A DNA stretch of 64,000 nucleotides, taken from positions 41,976,001 through 42,040,000 of the forward strand of contig CM052816.1 of the NCBI GenBank assembly GCA_028534125.1, in the 5' to 3' direction. The stretch comes from Lama glama. Taxonomy: Eukaryota. The notes beneath the pieces were generated by a model. The model was not told where the DNA came from. It was given only the letters and a program-made list of their open reading frames with translations, and did not search any database. Of the stretch, positions 11,650 through 23,869 are shown one piece after another. The position numbers were made by a program, and so were the translations under genes. Each line of letters opens with the position of its first letter. Within the stretch, counting starts at the first letter, position 1.

Positions 11650-13100
11650 CACCCAGCCACATGCTGTAAGTTTCATCTAATATTTCAGTGAGTTTCCAAG
11701 GGACTCGTCTCTTCCTGGTCAGTCTGGTCTAACCTGCTTCCTACCTGTTACTCGCTCTCCTCCTTAAAGTGATTGTTCTGAGTATTTCTTTAAACAAACT
11801 GGCCTGAACAGTGTTTGAAGCCATTTCCCCTAAGCTTCACTAACACAAAGCTATTTTTAGTGGACTATTACTGAAGGCTTGTTTGGGAATAATAGAAAAC
11901 AATTACATGCAACAATATAAAATGGAATATGAAACCTCCAGCATTGCTGGCCATGGGAAATTTCTGCTCCAAGGCTCTGACTTTCACTTCCCTTTTCTTG
12001 AACTTCTTTGTATCTTTCTCTCCAGAAATCGCTCCTCCAAGCTCTACAATCTCATTGCTTTCTTATGCAGAATTATCAACTTTACTTCACCCATCCTAAA
12101 CTCAGGACCTATTTTTATATTCCCCCAAAATGATGAAGGTTCTCTGCTAAACAAATGACCTTTTATTTGGGGTCTTCACCCTTCAGCATTAGTGAAGAAA
12201 TTGCCAGAAGCTTTGGTATTCATTTCTTTCATTTATCAAATTCTTAAGCAGTGATCCCTCATTCCATTCTCTATAAGGGACAAAGATTTCTTTTCCCTTT
12301 GTCCAGAGCAAGTCCTTGCAGTTTTACTACCTAGTACATTCATCTGGTTGCACAGGTAGACGGGCTGTGTAGCTTTGAGAAATTTATTTCATTGAGCTTC
12401 TGTTTTCTTCTCAGCACACAAGCAAAGTATATAACTTTCAAAATTGTTGGGTAAAAATATTGATGTAATGTAAAACTCAATAGTATGACCATGCCTCCTT
12501 AGCAGAAGTATCATTTTACTAATTAGAAATATTTTTCTCTTAGATATTGTATTTTGAACTTCCCAAATGCACAGAGTATCCTCATTTACAGTATAAGAAA
12601 TTACTGACCCACCCCAGTCCATAGCCTGAGAAGTCATGTGTGTCAGCATTAGTTCTATTTGGAGCCAATTTGTGGTCTCTGCATGAAAAAATCCACACCA
12701 ACCCTGAGATTTTAAATTCTTTTGGAAGAATTATATCTTTTAAATTTCTCCTCTCTACAGGTAGCTTTAATTTCCTTCCTTTTCCTCTTCTCTTCATTAC
12801 AGTTGAATTCCTACTTATATCTCATTGGTTTGGTGATTTTTAATTACTATCAGATGTGAACTCTGGATTAATTAATCCCACTAGACATAAGTATTCATAG
12901 GTATTACGATTCATAAGTATTATATTTAAGGCATTAGCCCTGCTTATAAGACAATCCCGGAAATAATATTTAGCATTTCATCCATGGTGCTGAGTCTTCC
13001 TTGCCCCCAGTTTCAATCTTGACTCAAGTTTAAGGATTGAATGGCTCATAATTATTTCCATTTGCCTCTGGACGAGACCTGCTTAGCACACTTTGTCTTA
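11650..13100 (-). mobile_element. Possible ancient L4/RTE-X LINE fossil, interrupted by a MIR
   Basis: Minus-strand peptides RRNLKDIIL...CRDHKL.PNR and GGSVISYTV resemble APE-endonuclease motifs (R.SKD..N, C...L..LNG, SVIDY) in the correct order. Highly decayed. Confidence 0.35.
12345..12500 (+). mobile_element. MIR SINE fragment
   Basis: ggctgtgtagctttgagaaatttatttcattgagcttctgttttcttctc follows the MIR core. Confidence 0.55.
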
Positions 13101-13469
13101 CTTTATGCTCACATGGTATAGTTTTGCCAATAATTTTACACTAATTATTCCCAATTTCCCATACTTAAAAATTAGGTATAATGTAAGGATTCATATAGAC
13201 TTATTTTTTTAAATGGAAGCATATGATTAATATATCCTAGAAAGTTTCCTTAAATTATTGCTTTATCAAATGCTTTGGTAGGCATAATCAATTTTTGAAA
13301 GGTAACTGTTAAAACTTAGTCACAAACCAGAAATTTCTGAATAACTCAGAAATTATGAATACAGGCAACTGCACCTGGCTTTTCCTGCAAGGGAGAGCTA
13401 CCCTCTGGGTACCAGGACATTGACCTATCTCTGTGCCATTAATTTACCAAGATGAACATATTAAAACCC

Positions 13470-13655
13470 TAGTGGTGTCAGTCATGAGAGCCAGTTGTGC
13501 ATTTTGCTTCCCAACTCTTATTTTAGTGATATCACACATTCCTAGCTAGAAATTGGCTATAATGTTAGGTTGAAATTGGCAAAAACTACAAATCTGGTTT
13601 GGTTTTAGGTAGCCCCACGTAGCCAGTTGTTGTATCATTTATCAGCATACCACTG
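13470..13655 (+). mobile_element. MER63A hAT-Blackjack MITE
   Basis: Termini tagtggtgt...ataccactg; internal gagagccagttgtgc...ttcccaactc...gaaattggcaaaaactacaaatc matches MER63A. Confidence 0.85.
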
Positions 13656-14604
13656 ACCCTAACAGGTGGGCAAGTGAGATTTATAAGACTCGTTTCTTAG
13701 GAGTATTTCATCTCTGATTTTAGATTGTGTGTGCAATAACTTCTCTGGTCCCTGTTGATGAGTGAGAAACTCCAGAGAGATACTTTAATCAGAAATTCTC
13801 AGACTTTTCCGATCCACATGGAGCATTCTTAGAGAAATGGTAAACCAAATAGCATGCCTCTGTATAACCTAACATTCCTTTGTTTTTAAAATGCTTGTGG
13901 TTATAATTTCAATGGAAAGATGATACATGTGGTAGATAAAATTAGTCAGAATTGGTGAATGTGTCAAGATCAGCACAGATCGGAGAGAGGAAAAGTTCCC
14001 TGTAAAACATTCCTCATTTTCTTTGCTTTGACTCTTTGTTAGCACTGAGAAAAAAATATGATTCTCTGTGGATATAAACTTATTCCCAGAAACCCTTGAG
14101 CTCCTATCTCTGGCTTCCAAATGGTAGTAATAATTCACAGTTCTGAACTTACATGCAATGAGAACCACTAACATTTATACAGAGCTTCACAATGAACTGT
14201 GCTTAAATGAACCCATGGGAGAAATGTGGACACCACAGGCACACTAATAAGTTGGGACTTCTTTAAATGAATATTATTGGAATATTTGCCCAACATCTTT
14301 TCAGATGGAGGAAGCGTGAACAGAAAGGGGCATGAGGACAGTTCCAACTTTCATGCTTCACGCATTAGAACAAAAGTATTATTCTTTACCAATTTAACCA
14401 GATCTGCCCCTTAGAGAATTAAGTTCATTGGAAGGCTGTTAATGACTGTTTTAACCTGAGTGTGCTTCAAGGAGCCTCACATTCCCTGATCCAAAGAGTT
14501 TTTATCAAAGTAATCCTTCCCATCTACCCGACAATAATCCTGAGATGAATTACAATTCCCCTTTCTCTATCACTTTTATTTTCAGAGATATTTTATTATT
14601 CTGC

Positions 14605-14835
14605 ATAATTGTTAAGGGAAAAGGTTTTGGAATGAGATTTTGTAGATTTACGTCTCAGCTCCATTATTTACTAGCCTGGTGACTTTGGAAAGCTATTAAG
14701 ACTATTGTGCCTCAGTTTCCCCATGCACAAACTGGGGATCAAAAAAACTTACAACATAAGCTTTAGGTAGATGTATTTATATGGTTATAAAATGATTGAA
14801 CTTGCTACAATGCCTAGCATATAGTAGACATATAA
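14605..14835 (+). mobile_element. MIR SINE, near full length
   Basis: gtgactttggaaag...tgtgcctcagtttccccat...aatgcctagcatatagtagac. Confidence 0.85.
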
Positions 14836-15119
14836 TTCAAAATATGGTAGTCACAGATTGGTGCCTATGTCAACTGCCCAGCCGATCTGTTTCATCTGAT
14901 GCTGATTATCGCTATGTTCTGGTGCCTCAGCTCTGCCCTATCATTGCTGCAGTGACCTCTTGTATCTCTAGGGAAACCTCTCTATATATACTGCAAAGGA
15001 AATCCCCCAACCCCAAATTATTTTTTTCCATCACTTCTTTTCTCAGTGTTTTCCTATTCATGCAAGAACCTTTGATGTTCCCAGGCAATCTCCTTCCTCA
15101 TAAATCTTCTGTTCTAGCC

Positions 15120-15600
15120 AGACTTGTCTATTCATAGACTTTGTAACTTTTTTCATGACCTTGTTTACTCACTCTTGCTTCCTCCTAAACATTTATCTAA
15201 TCCTTATTATCCCTTAAAGTGTAACGAGTTAATTTATTATAAACTTATAAATAATATATATATAATTATCAGTGGTATGCTAATAAATATTATATAGAAT
15301 ATATAATAGTAAATATTATTCTATAAAATATACAATAATAAGTATTATTCTCTATAGTAGATACTTATTTCCTTGAGACTTTCTCTTGAAGATAATTTTT
15401 AATTTATTTTACTTTAAGGCTGATAAACCTTTGCCTGCATTGATTATTTAGCACCTGCCTAATTCTCTTGTATTTGTGCAATCTTCTGCAAATTACTTCT
15501 ATTACATTGTAAATTCTTCAACGGGCAGACCTTATCTTTTCTTTATTTTTTGAGTTCTCCATTTACTTACTAGAGTGTCCTGTACATATCATTTTGATTA
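15120..15600 (+). mobile_element. L2 3' fragments with an AT-rich interruption (about 15230-15360)
   Basis: attgtaaattcttcaacgggcagaccttatctttt...tagagtgtcctgtacata resembles the L2 3' end. Confidence 0.5.
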
Positions 15601-15639
15601 TCAGGAATGGTATGTAATATAAAACTTAGACCCTGCTTA

Positions 15640-15750
15640 TTTTTTATGCAGCACTTTATCATAGAATTCCCAAACATACAGAAAAGTTTAAAGGTTTATG
15701 TAGTGAACATATGTGTATTTACTACCTAGACTCTATAGTTGTTGGACATA
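15640..15750 (-). mobile_element. Old L1 (L1MC/L1ME) 3' end fragment
   Basis: caaacatacagaaaagttt...gtagtgaacat...actacctagactcta. Confidence 0.5.
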
Positions 15751-16924
15751 CTCATTTTCTGTAACTAATGATGAGGTCTTATAACCTTCCTTTTTTGTTG
15801 ACCTAATTTTTGAGCAGTTTTAAATTGAAGTATTCCATTTGGGGATATAATTCTTTATTAGAAAATGGTTAATTCTGCTTCATAAATTTTTTCACACTTT
15901 TCCTCCAAACTTAAGAACATATGAAATAAATGTTTAATTTATTACTATAAATCTTGGTTCCTATGGTAATTTCATTGTCCACCTCTGGATCTACAAGCTA
16001 TCTATTGTTTTTAAGCCCAACAAAATTTTAATTTTTATTTCTATGGCAGTGCTATTTCTAAATAAAGTATTGCTTTTTGTGAGTATTTGTAATGTTTTGA
16101 AACTATTTTTAACAGTAAGTATAATAATCTTCCTTGTAAAAAGCGTTTTGTCCCACTGAAGTCATAAATAACCCTAGTAGATTTGATTAGTACAAACTGG
16201 TAAACTATAAACCTATATACTAAAGAAGATGTATAACATTAAATATTGGGTATGGACTAAAATTTTTAAGGCTCAGGAAAAATTTATATGTATTTTCTTT
16301 TTACACACACCCAAGGCATCCATCATGTTTAAGATTGTACTCTCCTATAAGTAATATGTTGTTATTTGAATAGCAGAATACAATGAAATACCTCCTGATA
16401 GTTAATACCTATCAGTACTTTTTAGCAACGTCAGTGAAAGTCACAACTTGCAGAAAATTTTTGGGAATACTAAAAAAAACTTTAAATCTCTTAATTTTTA
16501 CCTTTTACTTATATTTTAATATTTAGTAATAGCACACTTATTTATGTATATTAAATGATCCATATTTATTTTCAGTGGGCATTTAAAGATATTATAATAA
16601 TCAATTTGTGTTGTCAGTATTTTTAAAAAGTTGTTTGTATGATTTCATAGTTTTAAAAATGTATTGCTTCCTGACTATATCTTTTAGAGATGATTTTGTG
16701 GCATGCATTATTTCATCTTTTCTTGCTTTCTGAGATTAGGCACTGGCAAAAAAGGAAAATTCATTTTAAAGTAAGTCAAATGGTCTATTTAGATATTTAT
16801 TCCGTTCTTCTTCAGAAAGAATACAAGACCTGTGCAAATGCAGTATGACTTTCAAAAAAATTTACACAAGTCCAATAAGCCAACAACTTAGGGTAAATAC
16901 AAGTTAGACTTACACTTTCTGATA

Positions 16925-17200
16925 TGGACACGTGGCTCCTGAGCACTCGAAATGTGACTAGTCTGACATGTGTGGCAAGTGGAAGATAAACGCAGAATTT
17001 CAGACTTACTCTGGAAAAAAGGATGTACAATATCTTATTAACAATTTTTACATTTATTAAATATTGTAGTAATAGTCTTTTGAATATGTTGGATTAAATC
17101 CTTTTATTTTTAAAATTAATTTCACCTGTTTTTTATTGTATATACTAGAAAGTCTAAAATTACATGTGTGGCTTCCATTATATTTCTGTTGGATAGTGCT
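16925..17200 (-). mobile_element. MER33 hAT-Charlie MITE
   Basis: cacgtggctcctgagcactcgaaatgtgactagt...aaaattaatttcacctg...aaattacatgtgtggct...atatttctgttggatagtgct matches reversed MER33. Confidence 0.9.
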
Positions 17201-17589
17201 AAGTTAGTTCATCACCTCCTGGTGCCTTACATGTGTTTTATTCACTGATGCATTAGTGAGTAGTGTCATTATTCACTAACCGATGAACTTTCAAGACCTT
17301 TCTACTTTCATGTTGACTGTGAGAGGGTGTCCAGGCAATGAATTATTCATTTGTAGCACTAAGGAACCATTTAGTAGATCCCAAGAGGAGTGTTGAGCCA
17401 AGGGCAATTTTAGGTAGACAGGCTTCTGACATCTGTTTCAATCTAAGCATTTATCACTATATTCCTCCTATCACTCAACCGTGTATTTACTCTTAGAAAC
17501 AGTTAGCCATTGCTTTCCCATGTTCATGGAAAGAGCTTTGTTGACTAGATTTTGCTAAAATGTCCATTGTTTTTATTCTAAATCATTTT

Positions 17590-18565
17590 TCCAGTTTTAT
17601 TGAGATATATTTGACATGTGACATTGTGTTACTTTTAAAATGTATAATATGATTATTTGATATATGTATATATTGTGAAATGATTATCACAATAATGTTA
17701 GTTAACACATCCATCACCTCACATAGTTACAATTTTATCTGGGTATGGTGAGAACTTTCAAGATCTACTCTCTTAGCAACTTTCAAATATACAATACAGT
17801 CTCCTTAACTATAGTCACCATACTTTAGATTACATCCCCAGAATTTATTCATCTTATAACTGGAAGTTTCTACCCTTTGATCACCTTCATCCTCCCCCCA
17901 CCCCACTCCTGGAAATCACCAGTCTATTCTGTTTCTATGAGTTTGTTTTTGTTTTAGATTTCATATATGAGACCATATATAGTAGCTGTCTTTCTCTGTT
18001 TGACTTATTTCCATAGCATAATGCTCTCAAAATTCATCCCTGTTGTTACACATGGTTGGAATTCTTTCTTTTTCATGACCAAATAATATTTCATTGTGTA
18101 TGATAAAGACATTTTCTTTATCCATTCATCCATCAGTGGATACTTAGGTTGTTTCAATGTCATGGCTATTATTAATAATGCTGCAATAAAAATAGGGGTT
18201 CAGGTATTTCTTTAAGATAGTGATTTTATTTCCTTCAGATACATACCTGGAAATTAAATTGCTATATCATATGGTAGTTCTATTTTTAAATTTTTGAGGA
18301 AACTTCATATTGTTTTCCACAGCAGCTGTACCAATTTATGTTCCCACCAACAGTGAATAAAAAGGTTCTCTTTTCTCCACATCTTCACTAATACTTGTTA
18401 TTCCTTGTCTTTTGAGTAATAATCATTCTAACAGATGTGAGGTAATATTTCATTGTGTTTTTCACTTGCATGTCCCTGATGATTAGTGATGTTGAACACC
18501 TTTTCATGTACCTGCTAGCCATTTGAATTCTTTGGAAAAATGTCTACTCATGCCCTTTGCCCATT
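17590..18565 (-). mobile_element. L1 (L1MA9-like) 3' UTR and ORF2 C-terminus; non-inverted part of a twin-primed insertion
   Basis: ttttattgagatatatttgacat...ttagttaacacatccatcacctcacatagttac...ttggaaaaatgtctactcatgccctttgcccatt (reverse reads as the ORF2 KWAK..RHF region). Confidence 0.9.
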
Positions 18566-18903
18566 ATCTTATACCAGTCACAAAAATTAACTTAGAATGC
18601 TATTAAAGACTCAAATTTAAGACCTAACACTGTGAAACTCCCCCCCAAAAAAAACACAGGGGAAAGGTCGTTTACATTTGTCTATATTTTTTGAATCATC
18701 AAAAGCACAAGCAAGAAAAGCAAAAATGAAAAAGCAAGATCACATCAACTAAAAATGTTCTGCACAGCAAAAGAAACAGTCAACAAAATAAAAAGGCAAC
18801 CTATGGAATGGGAAAACATATTTACAAACCACATATCTGATAAGAAGTTAATATCCAAAATATGTAAGGAACTCATACAGCTCAACAGCAGGAAAAAAAG
18901 CCA
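18566..18903 (+). mobile_element. L1 ORF2 segment; inverted 5' part of the same insertion
   Basis: Translates FCTAKETVNKIKRQPMEWENIFTNHISDKKLISKICKELIQLNSRK, the L1 ORF2 segment immediately upstream of KWAK. Confidence 0.9.
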
Positions 18904-19578
18904 ATTCTGATTAATTTTGATACAGTATTCTCAATATTAATGTGTTTTATTTGTAATTATTGTTTCTTAGTGCTGTTATCCTTCCTGCCAATGTAGTATC
19001 CTGCCCAAGGGAACTAAAATATTTTTCATCAAAGAAAAAAAATCAAATGGCTGGTGAGACTGACATTTGTAGAAATAAAACTGACAGCAAAAGCATAGGT
19101 AATTATCCAGGCTGCTTTGGCAGGGAAGATTATTAAAATGCTAACAAGATAAAGAGTAAATGTGTGGAAAGTCTGGGTGCTCTCTGTCAGGGTCAGACAC
19201 TGGTGTGCTTTGACTACAACTGTCGAGATTAACTCATTTGGTTATTTAGTCCTTCATTGGGATGCTTGAAAACTGAATTGAAAAATTGATGCAAGCTATG
19301 CCCTTAATGTAACTATTCTGATCTGGTAGTTTCTCTGACTCAATATTTGTTTATTTAAAGTAATACCAATGCTAAAATAAGAACTCAATTTAAAGAAAGT
19401 ATCAACCAGATGATTTCATATACAAACTAAACAACTACTGGTTTTACTTTCTACATCACTTGTTAGCAATTCATGTATATATTCAATTCGATTTAAATAT
19501 ATGTATGAGGATAATTGCATGGCTAGTAAAACAGCCATTCAGAATTTATTTTATTACCTTGATAAACAGGCTTTTTTA

Positions 19579-19741
19579 TTTAATTATTTTTTTAATAAAT
19601 TATTATTTTTTTAATTTTTGTGGGGTAGGGGGAAGGTAATTAGGTTTATTTATTTTTGGAGGAGGTACTGGGGATTGAACCCAGAACCTTGTGCATGCTA
19701 AGCATGCACTCAACCACAAGCTATGGTTAGCCCTCTCTATT
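19579..19741 (-). mobile_element. Camelid tRNA(Ala)-derived SINE (Vic-1-like) with 14-bp TSD
   Basis: Reverse reads ...GAGTGCATGCTTAGCATGCACAAGGTTCTGGGTTCAATCCCCAGTACCTCC...AATAAATAAACCTAATTACC plus an A-rich tail. TSD aacaggctttttta at 19565-19578 and 19742-19755. Confidence 0.9.
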
Positions 19742-20522
19742 AACAGGCTTTTTTAAAGACCTGTCTATATATTGGTCACTAGGCTGGGCTTTGTGGGAAA
19801 TACAAGAGTTATTCCTGACCTTACATACCTCATACTCTGGCTGTGAGTTTTCTTCTACCTCAGTGGGAATGACTCTGTATAGACCTAGTTAATAAATAAA
19901 TTCTTAATTATTTAAAGGTGCAGCCATCTCTCATTTGTCACATAAAGAACAGCAGTAACTTAAAAAACTGAAATCCACAGAGAAACCTCAGTCTTTGAAT
20001 CACTTGCATTCTGTTTTAAACATTTCTCTGTCTCTTTTTGGATAACAGGTATTTTTTAAAATTCATAAAAATACACTGATTTATATGGTACTTCATTAGA
20101 CTGTGAAGGTGTAGAACAAGTTTTATTTATTGCTTGTCCCTGACATCCAGTACAGATTTTTGTGCATTAGGTACCTCATCAGAAAAGCTGGCTCTGATTG
20201 CAGTGAGCAGGGATGTGGGTGGAATAAGGACATCTGGATGAAGGAAAACATAGTATACCAGTTGGCTTGTAGAAAAACCTTTCTGTTTTTTTTTTTTTAA
20301 ATTCACCCTTTTGTGTTTCTTAGAGCATCTCATAGGATACTGTACATACAACAAATGCTAAATGACATAGGACCCTGCTTAATAAGTGATAAAATAATAA
20401 AAAGTGGGCTATATAATATTGATGATTTACGGCTCTGGTGTGTTGGTGAAGAAAACAACCACTTTTATTGTTCTATTTTTCTTTTTTATTTCTTCAAGAC
20501 TCTTACAGGGACTCCTTTATTT

Positions 20523-20720
20523 AGGGATATATATGTGTATATATATCCCTGAATACATCTGTGTGTATATATATATATATATATACACACACATATATAC
20601 ATACACACACACACACACACACAGATGTACTCAGGGATATATAAGGGATATGAAGAAGCTTCTATATATTTTATATTTAAGTTATATGGATACATATATA
20701 ATATACAAATATATATATGA
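20523..20720. repeat. Compound (TA)n/(CA)n microsatellite within a 27-bp inverted repeat
   Basis: Arms 20540-20566 and 20617-20643 are reverse complements at 26/27 positions. Confidence 0.9.
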
Positions 20721-20809
20721 TATATGGGAAAACTGCTATCTTATTTTTTCTGAATAAATCTATGTTATTAAATTGCCTGAGTCATGCAAGCCAATATTCC
20801 TTTTTTTGC

Positions 20810-21280
20810 CTTCAAGAATCCTCCCAAATTGTATTTAAATTTGCCCTGAGGATAAGCTAAAAACTTAATGGGTTTTGTAAGACCTTGTCAGCTGTGACCC
20901 CTGTTTCTTTTCCAGCCTTTTCTTTTCCCTTTATTCCTCATCTCCATACCAACCAACTTGCAAGTACACTGTTCCCCTGTTTGAGGGTCTTTGCAGCCAT
21001 TGTTTCTTAGCTAATTTCTACTCAATCTTCTGTCCATGACTTGTAATCACTTTACTTAAAAACCCTGCCCTTATATCTTGATCTTTCATAGGTGCCCAGT
21101 TTATGCACCTTGTATGTACTCTTACCATAGTATCTACCATACTGTTCATTTTCTTTGTTGCCCACAATAGCATTTTCTCTTTGATGGTAGGAACCACATC
21201 TTCTGTCATAAACTCAGAGTTGGCAAACAGCATCATTCCAATTCAGCAGTAGTTGAGAAATAAATGAAGGACAAAAGACA
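20810..21280 (+). mobile_element. L2 LINE 3' region
   Basis: Pyrimidine-rich sense L2 pattern ending ctttgatggtaggaaccacatc...gttgagaaataaatgaa. Confidence 0.6.
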
Positions 21281-22067
21281 AACAAACAAGAAAAACCCAA
21301 AATGACATGTTAATGGGCAAAGAGGGATGAAGCCAAAATGATTAAAATTCCTAGTGAAGACTATGGAAATTGACCAGATTATTGATAATTTCTCCTTTTA
21401 TTCTATAGACCTCCAGAGTAGCATTATATTTTACCTATTTCTATTTCTTGGCAGCAATTCCCACATGTTAATTTACTTGAATCCTAAACCATAACTTTTT
21501 ATTACAGAAAGTCACTTTGAGTTGTAGACCTTTCACTTGTTTATGAAAGTACTCTATTTTTTTCTTTGGGGAAAAGAGTAATTTTCTCAACTTCAAAAAG
21601 AGTATTATCTTCCATGGAGCATTAAGTTCATCATTTTAGTTTAAAGGAGTTTCACTGGTGGTTATATCATCAGATGTTAAAATTGCTTCATTGTCTAACC
21701 ATCTGAAACAAAAGCAGATTTTGTTAGCCTCAGTTTTTGGAACTTTGTCTCCTTAGTAAAAAATGATCTATTTTATATCATAAGTCACATTCACAAATCA
21801 GTCCATAGAATAATTGAAAAATGAGTGTACTTATTTATGTTCTTGTACCCTTAAAATATAAAATATGCATGATTATGAAGTTATCTGGGTGTAAAATATT
21901 TATGTTACTACTTTTACATGTTTCAGGTATCTGAGATAGTGTAAATATGAAGTTTTGCAGTATAGAGACTGTTCTTTAGAGAAATCTATCAAAAGGAAAC
22001 TGCCTGCTACTAGCTACCTTAGGAAGACTAACGGCATACAGAATAAAAGCTGCATCTTCAATTAAGG

Positions 22068-22376
22068 TCACAGTCTTATAAGAAAAGGCAAATTTGAACA
22101 CAGAGATGCACAGACAGATAGGGAAGAAGGACATGTGAATATGTAGGCAGAGTTTGGAGTGATACAGATACAAGTCAAGGAACGCCCAAGGTTTAAGGGC
22201 AGGAGGTAGGAAACAGGCAGGAAAGGATGCTTCCCTGGAGCCTTTAGAAACAACATGACGCTGCCGACATTTGACTTCAAGCTTGCAGCCTCCAGAATTG
22301 TGAGAGAAATTTGTTATTTTAAGCCACCCAGTTTTTTTTTTAAAGCCACTGTGCTTTGTTATGGCAGCCCTAAGGA
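22068..22376 (+). mobile_element. 5'-truncated MLT1C-like LTR
   Basis: gtcttataagaaaaggcaaatttgaacacagaga...caagtcaaggaacgcccaagg...gcctccagaattgtgagagaaatt...tttgttatggcagccctaagga. Confidence 0.85.
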
Positions 22377-23835
22377 TCAGATAGGTAAAAAGCAGAACTG
22401 CCTTGCGAAGGTGCCTCAGTCAAGCAGAATACAGACATATTTTATCTGCCTCATGCTGACAACTCACTGGTTATTTATAATAATTAGAGTTTTGCCATTT
22501 TTCTGTGTGGCTCTGAAATGTCCTACTTATTTTAACCTTGATTGAATATCCCTTAATCTCATTCACATCCTAAGAACCACTTTTAAAAACATTCCACCGT
22601 AGACTCCCTTGGAAGTCTTCCATTGAGAATGGACTTAGACCTCCAGTGGGAAAATGTGTGACTGCCTTTAACTGTTTGCTACCACTCCCAAGGCACACCC
22701 AGATGGAGACCTGAAAATGAGCTTTATATTTCTTCTTCTCTTGTTTGTTACCTCTTTTAATCAAGGAGACTTTTTATTACCTAGTGTCATGGAAAGAGGA
22801 GTCTATTTAGGCCTAATATTTAGTAAATTGAGCCATATAGCTATAGATGGAGGAAATGGAACCTTTAAAGGAGAAAATCTTAGGCTTCTGAATATCCTAA
22901 TGATAAACTATCCCTCACTGCGACATGTCTGTTGTTTCAAACAGAACTCTCTTGGATTTGGACTGATTTTATGTAGAACTGACGATATGTAACTATAAAA
23001 TAAATAGATATTGGAGTTGCCAGATATTATAGCATTCATGTAACCTAATGTCATTTATAGTGGAGGAAACTCAAAACAAGGGAAATTAAGGGACAGATGT
23101 ATTTAACTAATCCCTACTTTGTAGAGTCTATACATGTCCCCTAGACACATTTCTAACATGGTGCTTCATTGAATTCATTATTTATATGTTAGGCTTTCTG
23201 ATGGACTCTAGTACGTGGAAAGCCAGGGGCCGTATGTGGAGTCCTGAAAGTTTGGATAGTGCCTATCTACTTCTTGTGTCTTGGGAATGCCAAGTAAATA
23301 ACCTTAAGCTGTGAGTATGTAGTTCTTAATATACCATTATTATCTAATTCTATTTAGAGAAAGACTTTCTAGGAAAAATGAACGTGAACACTCAGATGCC
23401 ACCAAAAATATCAGGCTACCTAATAATTAAAAATAGATGTGTTTTATACTGTGTAAGAAGGAGCTATTGGTGTAAGGATTGGACTAAATAATCCTAGAAA
23501 GGTGTATTTAAATCTTTATTCTTACTACTTTAAAGCTTTTCTTGCATTAATTTAATTTTGATAGCTAATTCTTCTATATTGATGGCCAAGTTTAACAATG
23601 CAAATTGTATTTTGCCAAATATTGATTTATTTTCTGAAATTTTAATCTCTAGAGATACATTAGTATCATGTGAAAGCAACCATGCCCAAATTCAGATTTT
23701 CTTCAGTTGGATGCTGGTATTCTATATTTCTATGCCATCTTCTCAGTTCTTCTTTTCTGTTTGATATAAATACATTCTCATCATTGAAATTCTCATCATT
23801 GAAAATTGACCACATGGTGCTTTTCTGACTATTCC

Positions 23836-23836
<1 letters not shown>

Positions 23837-23868
<32 letters not shown>
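23837..23868. repeat. (TG)16 microsatellite in the L1 tail
   Basis: Directly visible; lies between the left TSD and the poly(T) of the L1. Confidence 0.95.

Positions 23869-23869
<1 letters not shown>

Noticed and set aside
19655..19738. tRNA-Ala gene (also 35460-35528)
   Set aside because: The tRNA-like heads carry an AT-rich tail and TSDs and have a damaged A or B box, so they are SINEs.
10058..23805. Short tandem duplications (gaatgtataca x2 at about 10058; tgcataaagagt x2 at about 10494; ttctcatcattgaaa x2 at about 23774)
   Set aside because: Ordinary slippage or indel duplications of two copies each; no array structure.
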